Positions 56,647-64,000 of a stretch of 64,000 bases of DNA are shown in pieces. The translations under genes were made by a program, and so were the position numbers. This stretch comes from Octopus vulgaris (Eukaryota): the NCBI GenBank assembly GCA_951406725.2, contig OX597829.1:39122001-39186000 (forward strand). The letters run 5' to 3'. The notes beneath the pieces were generated by a model. That model ran no database searches. It was not told the DNA's origin and was given only the letters and a program-made list of their open reading frames with translations. Each line of letters begins with the position of its first letter. The stretch's first letter is position 1.

Positions 56647-57938
56647 CGGAGGAGAGAGAGAGAGAGAGAGACAGAGACGGAGAGAGAGAGACAGAGAGAG
56701 AGAGAGACAGAGACGGAGAGAGAGACAGAGACGGGGAGAGAGAGACAGAGACGGGGAGAGAGACAGAGACGGAGAGAGAGACAGAGAGAGAGAGAGGAGA
56801 GAGAGACAGAGACGGGGAGAGAGAGACAGAGACGGGGAGAGAGAGACAGAGACGGGGAGAGAGAGACAGAGACGGGGAGAGAGAGACAGAGACGGGGAGA
56901 GAGAGACAGAGACGAGGAGAGAGAGAGAGACAGAGACGGGGAGAGAGAGAGAGACAGAGACGGGGAGAGAGAGAGAGACAGAGACGGGGAGAGAGAGAGA
57001 GACAGACGGGGAGAGAGAGAGAGACAGACGGGGAGAGAGAGAGAGACAGACGGGGAGAGAGAGAGAGACAGAGACGGGGAGAGAGAGAGACAGAGACGGA
57101 GAGAGAGAGAGACAGAGACGGGGAGAGAGAGACAGAGACGGGGAGAGAGAGACAGAGACGGGGAGAGAGAGAGAGACAGAGACGGGGAGAGAGAGAGACA
57201 GAGACGGGGAGAGAGAGAGAGACAGAGACGGGGAGAGAGAGAGACAGAGACGGGGAGAGAGAGAGACAGAGACGGGGAGAGAGAGAGAGACAGAGACGGG
57301 GAGAGAGAGAGAGACAGAGACGGGGAGAGAGAGAGAGACAGAGACGGGGAGAGAGAGAGAGACAGAGACGGGGAGAGAGAGAGACAGAGACGGGGAGAGA
57401 GAGAGACAGAGACGGGGAGAGAGAGAGACAGAGACAGATGGAGAGAGAGAGTGAGAGACTTGCACGAGGAGAGAGAGAGAGACAGAGACGGGGAGAGAGA
57501 GACAGAGACGGGGTGAGAGAGAGACAGAGACGGGGTGAGAGAGACAGAGACGGGGTGAGAGAGACAGAGACGGGGTGAGAGAGAGACAGAGACGGGGTGA
57601 GAGAGAGACAGAGACGGGGTGAGAGAGAGACAGAGACGGGGTGAGAGAGAGACAGAGACGGGGTGAGAGAGAGACAGAGACGGGGTGAGAGAGAGACAGA
57701 GACGGGGAGAGAGAGAGACAGAGACGGGGAGAGAGAGAGACAGAGACGGGGAGAGAGAGAGACAGAGACGGGGAGAGAGAGAGACAGAGACGGGGAGAGA
57801 GAGAGACAGAGACGGGGAGAGAGAGAGACAGAGACGGGGAGAGAGAGAGACAGAGACGGGGAGAGAGAGAGACAGAGACGGGGAGAGAGAGAGACAGAGA
57901 CAGAGACGGGGAGAGAGAGAGAGAGATAGAGACGGGGT
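56150..57938. repeat. ~1.8 kb purine-rich array (GAGACAGAGACGGGGAGA units)
   Basis: Direct reading; source of the RE-rich and LS-rich ORFs. Confidence 0.95.
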
Positions 57939-58623
57939 GTCAGAGATCTAAGCTCTGATCAACCCATGCAAACATGGAAAAGTGGACATTAAAATGCAGA
58001 TGAGATTATCGCCATATCAGTTTGCACTTCTGTCCCCTTCATGCAACAGACAAAATGCCTAGCCATAATAAGCAACAGCACTTTACATTCTGCATACAAA
58101 TCCTGTCAAGGTTAAGTTTGCTTTCTACTCTTTTGAGTGGTGGATCAATATAATTGACTCCTCTACCAAAATTCCTGGCCTTGCACCAATGTTAGAAACA
58201 ATTATGGATTGGTAGAATTGGCAGAGCATCAAACAGGATACTTTACAGCATCTCTTCTGGCTCTGTGCATTCCAGGTCCAAAACTCTCACCTATCAGCTA
58301 AAGGTTGAAGGACAAAAAGAAAACTGTGGTATTTACTTGTCATGAGTTGTATCAGCGATAGACTTTATCAATAATGGGGATAAAAATTTTTTTTGAAAGT
58401 GAAAGTAAATTTTCCTTGGTTTGATTGAAGACTTGTTACTACAATCACCTGACTAGTCTCAGCAGCCCGTAAGAGTGGAACAAAAACAGAATGGAAAACC
58501 CTTAGAATATGAGCAACCAGACTAACTGATGTTATAGGGAGAGTTTACGAAAAAAACAAGACAAAGACAGGTGGTATACAAAACAAACAGATGTATTAGT
58601 ATAATGCTCAGAATAGAAAAAGT

Positions 58624-58659
58624 CTTTTACATTTCGAGCCTACGCTCTTCTACAGAAAG
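58624..58659 (-). ncRNA. Minimal hammerhead-like motif, CUGU variant, in dispersed repeat 58540-58735
   Basis: CTTT-CTGTAGA-A-GAGC-GTAG-GCTC-GAAAT-GTA-AAAG. Confidence 0.55.
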
Positions 58660-59322
58660 GGACACAGAAAAACCAAGGAGAGAAACAAGGAGAAAAAAAA
58701 ATGTGTGTAGTGGCTAACGATCTATCATGGCGAGTTGTTATACATTGCTGATCACAGTGAGCTTGGTATTTTCGAATGATGCCACCGCACTGGCTATGCA
58801 AGTAGGCTAAGAATTATATAATATTACATATGTCATGTCTAAGAAAATTATTATTATTTAGCAGCAGCATAAGCAAGATACTAATCCTATCGGTAATCTG
58901 TAAAATAAATAAAAAATAAGATATAATCTTTGGTCATTTTCAATAATGTTCAGATCAAGAGGAGTATTGTACAATGACAATCTTGAAAAAGTGATGATAT
59001 AATTCTCTTGAAAGCTGATATTGTATTCTGCAGAGAAATAAGATTAAAAAATAGAAAGAAAAAATGGTGCATAATTGAAGTAGCTTTTGTAGTTAAATAA
59101 CCTACAGATTTATTTATGCCAGTAAGTGTACCCTATAGATCTATACCATTGCGTAACCTGTTTGTCACAAAGGAAATGAACATTGAAGACATTCCATACA
59201 ACCAATAAATAAACACATACAAACACATGAATACATACACATACACAAATGTAGAAATGAAATTTAGTTAATAGTCAACAAAACAAGTAGGCCAGGTGAG
59301 AGTCATAGTTTAGTCTATTTCA

Positions 59323-59365
<43 letters not shown>

Positions 59366-59831
59366 AAAACAGTGATTCAAATTCATTGGTACTCTGAGTT
59401 TCAAGTGTGATGCTAATCTTCAGGCATTTTCAATTTGAACGAGAGAAGTTGATTGTTATTAATGTAAGATGGGCGGCAATTGGTCACAGAAGATCATGCA
59501 GAGCCATAGTTTGATGCTGTTATATCAGCAACAACAGTTAACTTGGAAAACACTGCATCGTGAACAGGAAATCAAACGCATGGTGGACAGGAACTTGGTC
59601 ATGTTGTTGGAGGGGGATGTGCAAGTATGCAGTTGTATATGTGTGTGTAGATGCACACCTGGTTTTGCATTGATGCATGCACATCTGTACATGGGTGTGC
59701 ATGCACCCACCCACATGCACGTACACATGAACAAACATGCATGCACACATGCATATTCACTTGTGTATGTATATATGTATATATATATGCATGCAGGCGT
59801 ATACTTGCACATAAGCATTAGGGATTGGTAA

Positions 59832-60236
59832 GAATGCCAGGAAGTCAATTCTGGTCCATGACAATGCCTTCTGGGTGAAGAAAGGCAATACATTGTTCGA
59901 TGACTCAATGGAGAACTAAACATCAATTAATCGGCTGAAATTTTCAAGCTTGCCAGGTTATACACCTTGGATACTCTCAAGAGAGACATAGCTATCCACA
60001 TAAGGATGACAGCCTGACTATCACAAGCCATATGAACAACCCCACCATGAACAGATCCAGGAAGGACTTGATGCAAATATTTAAAGAGCTTGGCCTGTCT
60101 ATAACAGTTACCACCAACCTGACAATTTCTTCAACATAACCTTTGACCACAACAAAGGCAAGTATTACCTGTACAGGAAGCCTAGCAAGGAAACACCTAC
60201 AAGAGCTCAAACCATCCCACCACTGTAATTAAAAAC
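59832..60236 (+). mobile_element. Penelope-like reverse transcriptase fragment
   Basis: RKSILVHDNAFWVKKGNTLFDDSM..GLYTL..IHKDDSL (YRDDGL-equivalent)..RKDLMQIFKELGLSIT..YRKP..SNHP. Confidence 0.8.
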
Positions 60237-60364
60237 CTGTACACACATATACATGCACGCACATACACATACTTACACGCACGCATATACACATACATAC
60301 ACGCACATACACACACAAGCACATGCACGCATACAAATGCACACGCGCGCACACACACACACAC

Positions 60365-61030
60365 ACTGAGAATTTACGAAAGACGAAGACGGTTGTGTAA
60401 ACAACAAACAGATGTATTAGTTTAACACTCAGGAAGCGAGAAAGTCTTTTACATTTCGAGCCTACACTCTTTGACAGAAAGGAACACAGAAATAAACAAT
60501 GAGAGAAAATAGAAAAATTTTTAGTAGCTAGCGATCTACCATGGTGAATGCCCAACAGAGTGCTCACACAGCAGAACTAGGAAGGGAAGATAATAAAGTA
60601 GTGGTGATCCCAAAATGAAGGTGCACATGCGTGTGTGAGTGCGTGGATGTGGAAGGAGGCTGGTGACAGACGTGTGTGCATGTGTAGGTGTGTGGATGAT
60701 GGTGTAGGTGCTGGAAAGTGGTCATGCTAGTGTGTGCGCTGGTGTGGGGGCTGGAAAGTGGTCAGTGCTAGTGTGTGCGGGGTGGTGTGATGTGGTGTGA
60801 TGGTGTGTGGGAAACAAGGGTGGGGGTCTAAGAGATGGGATGGGATGTATAGGGATGGTGGGATTGGAATGTGCAGGGAAGGAATAACGAGGGAGGGGGT
60901 GATGATGAAGGGAGGTGGGTAGGAGTGAAGAGAAGAAGTAGGTGCCAGAGAAAGAGAGATGTGGGTGGGAGGAAGAGGAGAAAGGAGGAGGGTTAGATGA
61001 AGGGGGAGGAGAGTTGAGCCCATGTGACAC
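60365..61030 (-). mobile_element. Penelope-like 3' terminal repeat with decayed hammerhead (60446-60481)
   Basis: Longer member of the 23655/58540 family; preceded on the minus strand by HGLNS, resembling a PLE endonuclease C-terminus; core reads CTGTCAA. Confidence 0.55.
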
Positions 61031-61489
61031 ATACAGATATATGTTGGCATCCTTTTGTCTCAGAAGACAATGGAGTTGCGCATAAACTAATCCAGTCTGG
61101 TTTTTACATTTCATGTCCTCTCCAGTTTTGCGCAGGCCTCGGCAAGATGTAAGAAAATCCTGGGTAGTCCAATCGTCAGGATTCCTCTCTCGACCTTGCT
61201 GACGTAGTCCAAAGGAGTGCAAAGCATTACGTTTGGCACCAGCTTGGTTGCAGGAACTACCGGAAGAGTGTCGAGTCAAACACTAAACCACCTACATGGC
61301 TCCACTCAGCATTTCTTTGAAGATTGTCTCCTTTCTGTACCCTGGATAAGGGCCCATACTGGGGGTACTGTCAGCCAGAGCCAGCTGAGTCCAGGACTCG
61401 TGTCAGGCAGAGTCATCACTCACTGAAGCAGTGAAGAAAATCACTACCCACTACCTATACATACAGATATATACTCACACATATATATA

Positions 61490-62394
61490 AAATATATAAA
61501 TACATGCATATAAATACATGCATATAAATACATGCATATAAATACATGCATATAAATACATACGCATACATACATACGCATACATACGCATACATACGCA
61601 TACATACATACGCATACATACATACATACATACGCATACATACATACATACATACGCATACATACATACATACATACGCATACATACATACATACATACG
61701 CATACATACATACATACATACGCATACATACATACATACATACATACATACATACATACATACATACATACATACATACATACATACATACATACATACA
61801 TACATACATACGCATACATACGCATACATACATATATACATACGCATACATACATATATACATACGCATACATACATATATACATACGCATACATACATA
61901 TATACATACGCATACATACATATATACATACGCATACATACATATATACATACGCATACATACATATATACATACGCATACATACATATATACATACGCA
62001 TACATACATATATACATACGCATACATACATATATACATACGCATACATACATATATACATACGCATACATACATATATACATACGCATACATACATATA
62101 TACATACGCATACATACATATATACATACGCATACATACATATATACATACGCATACATACATATATACATACGCATACATACATATATACATACGCATA
62201 CATACATATATACATACGCATACATACATATATACATACGCATACATACATATATACATACGCATACATACATATATACATACGCATACATACATATATA
62301 CATACGCATACATACATATATACATACGCATACATACATATATACATACGCATACATACATATATACATACGCATACATACATATATACATACA

Positions 62395-62428
<34 letters not shown>

Positions 62429-62483
62429 CATACGCATACATGCATATATACATACGCATACATACATATATACATACGCATAC

Positions 62484-62516
<33 letters not shown>

Positions 62517-62520
62517 AATA
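61490..62520. repeat. (ATAC)n-derived array with 20-bp higher-order unit TACATATATACATACGCATA
   Basis: Direct reading. Confidence 0.95.
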
Positions 62521-63053
62521 CATTCTCATGCCCACACAAATTTTAATTTACAGTATAATATATATTTGAGAAAATAAATTTTCTTAAACCGAAAATTATT
62601 CATCATTTAATAAGCGTTTTTATGCTGGCATGAGTTGAATGGTTTGACTAATTTCTGGAAAGCCAGCAGTTGCACCAGGCTCCAATCTGATCTGGTAATG
62701 TTTGTACAGCTGGATGCCCTTCCTAACGCCAACCACTCCGAGAGTGTAGTGGGTGCTTTACACTCTGGTGTTCTGAAGAGGTGAGTAAAAGCTTTGGCAT
62801 TTGGAAAAGCAAATGAGTGTAAAAAAACAGTCTCACAAAGTCTAATCCAACCTATGGCCAGCATGAAAAACCAGATGTAAAAATGATCACACACAAACAC
62901 ATGTGTAAGAGAAACAGTTAGTGTAAAGCGGAGGTCTGCCATTTGATTGTAGCAAAAATTTATGTATATGAATGTGCAGTTGTGTATGTAAGTGTATACA
63001 GACACAATGCACAGCATAATCTTCATCTAAATTTCACTCAAAAGTAATAGTCC

Positions 63054-63145
63054 ACTTTGCACTGCCTTGGATGCACATCTGTTGTAGCCTAAAGTAATAG
63101 TCCACTTTAGGCTACAACAGATGTGCATCCAAGGCAGTGCAAAGT
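63054..63145. repeat. Perfect inverted repeat, 42-bp arms, 8-nt spacer
   Basis: 63054-63095 is the exact reverse complement of 63104-63145. Confidence 0.95.
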
Positions 63146-63194
63146 TAGAGTGAACCAAGACCATATGATTGAGTAATTAAGTAAACATCATTTA

Positions 63195-63304
63195 CATTCA
63201 ACAGATATTTGGCGTTAACACAACATTTCATCTGATATACCCTCTAGCCTTCATCAGGTGTCTTGGGGAAATTTCTAACCTTGTATTTTTCGATATTTTT
63301 ATTA

Positions 63305-63343
<39 letters not shown>

Positions 63344-63403
63344 AATCGAACTCGAAATCTTGGGGTTAGTAGCCCGCGCTCTTAACCACTACGCCATATG
63401 CCC
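63195..63403 (-). mobile_element. Second copy of the tRNA-headed hammerhead SINE-like element (motif 63218-63261)
   Basis: TGGCGTAGTGGTTAAGAGCGCGGGCTACTAACCCCAAGATTTCGAGTTCGATTCC, (AAT)n, then ACAC-CTGATGA-AGGCTAG..TCAGAT-GAAAT-GTT-GTGT. Confidence 0.75.
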
Positions 63404-64000
63404 GTGAGCAATTATGGAGTGAATTTTAGGACTTATAAATCTATTTTTCTGTCCTTCCTTAATACCATGTGGTTAAGTAAACTTAACCACTCAGACATGC
63501 CCATTACTAATATGCCTCATTAAGTATGTACTTGTAGTTTAGTAATTAATGATTCTTATGGCCATTATTCAGAGTTAGAAACATTTACAAACACATTTCT
63601 TATCTTACGAATGCCTATGACTCATCACAGACACCCAAACTACAAATACATAGATAGACACACTAATAATGTATTTCTTTACTACCCACAAGGGGCTAAA
63701 CACAGAGGGAATAATGGAAATGTGTATGTACATATGTATAGTTACTTGTTACTTAGGGTGATACGAAAACTATGTTAAACTTAATAAACAATGGAAATAA
63801 TTATTATGATTAATTTGAGAAAATTAAAAAAATAATTATTGTAAATCTTTTCCTCTTTTTTTTTTTAAATGCTGTTTTACATAAGTTTATCAAAGCTATA
63901 TTTTTTTTTTTATCTTCTCTAAACTAACAAGTCATTTGTTTATCTAAACCTCAGAACAAGCCTTTTTCTGTCAACATCCTGATCCATATCCATTAATTGA

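Noticed and set aside
56041-57951. RE-rich 440-491 aa ORFs resembling RS/RE splicing factors
   Set aside because: Pure satellite translation with no domain or splice context.
61444-62539. CMYV/HTYI-rich ORFs
   Set aside because: ATAC microsatellite translation.
63335-63403. Functional tRNA gene (also at 4078, 5520, 35825, 37796)
   Set aside because: tRNA-like heads lack a complete acceptor stem and run into SINE bodies.

Overview
AT-rich, repeat-dense animal genomic DNA. The SINE repertoire and microsatellite load suggest a cephalopod, probably Octopus (inference from recalled repeat families, not a database hit). Only one host coding exon is supportable: a minus-strand first coding exon at 584-730, encoding an N-terminal transmembrane segment resembling PDZD8, with the rest of the gene off the left edge. 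The other ~63 kb is non-coding or transposon-derived: many tRNA-headed SINEs (several with TSDs), decayed RTE, CR1/L2, Tx1-like and Penelope-like retroelements, Ty3/Gypsy, Tc1/mariner and Helitron fragments, TTAA-flanked MITEs, and very long AG- and ATAC-type simple-sequence arrays that generate most long ORFs in the track. The most interesting signal is a set of minimal type-I hammerhead ribozyme motifs in at least four distinct repeat families. These include a tRNA-headed SINE-like element carrying a hammerhead in its 3' part (two copies) and a three-copy family sharing a CUGU core variant. Also notable are a perfect 42-bp-arm hairpin that looks born by replication template switching and an LTR flanked by both a PPT-like and a PBS-like site. 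Coordinates were read by eye; TE boundaries are approximate.
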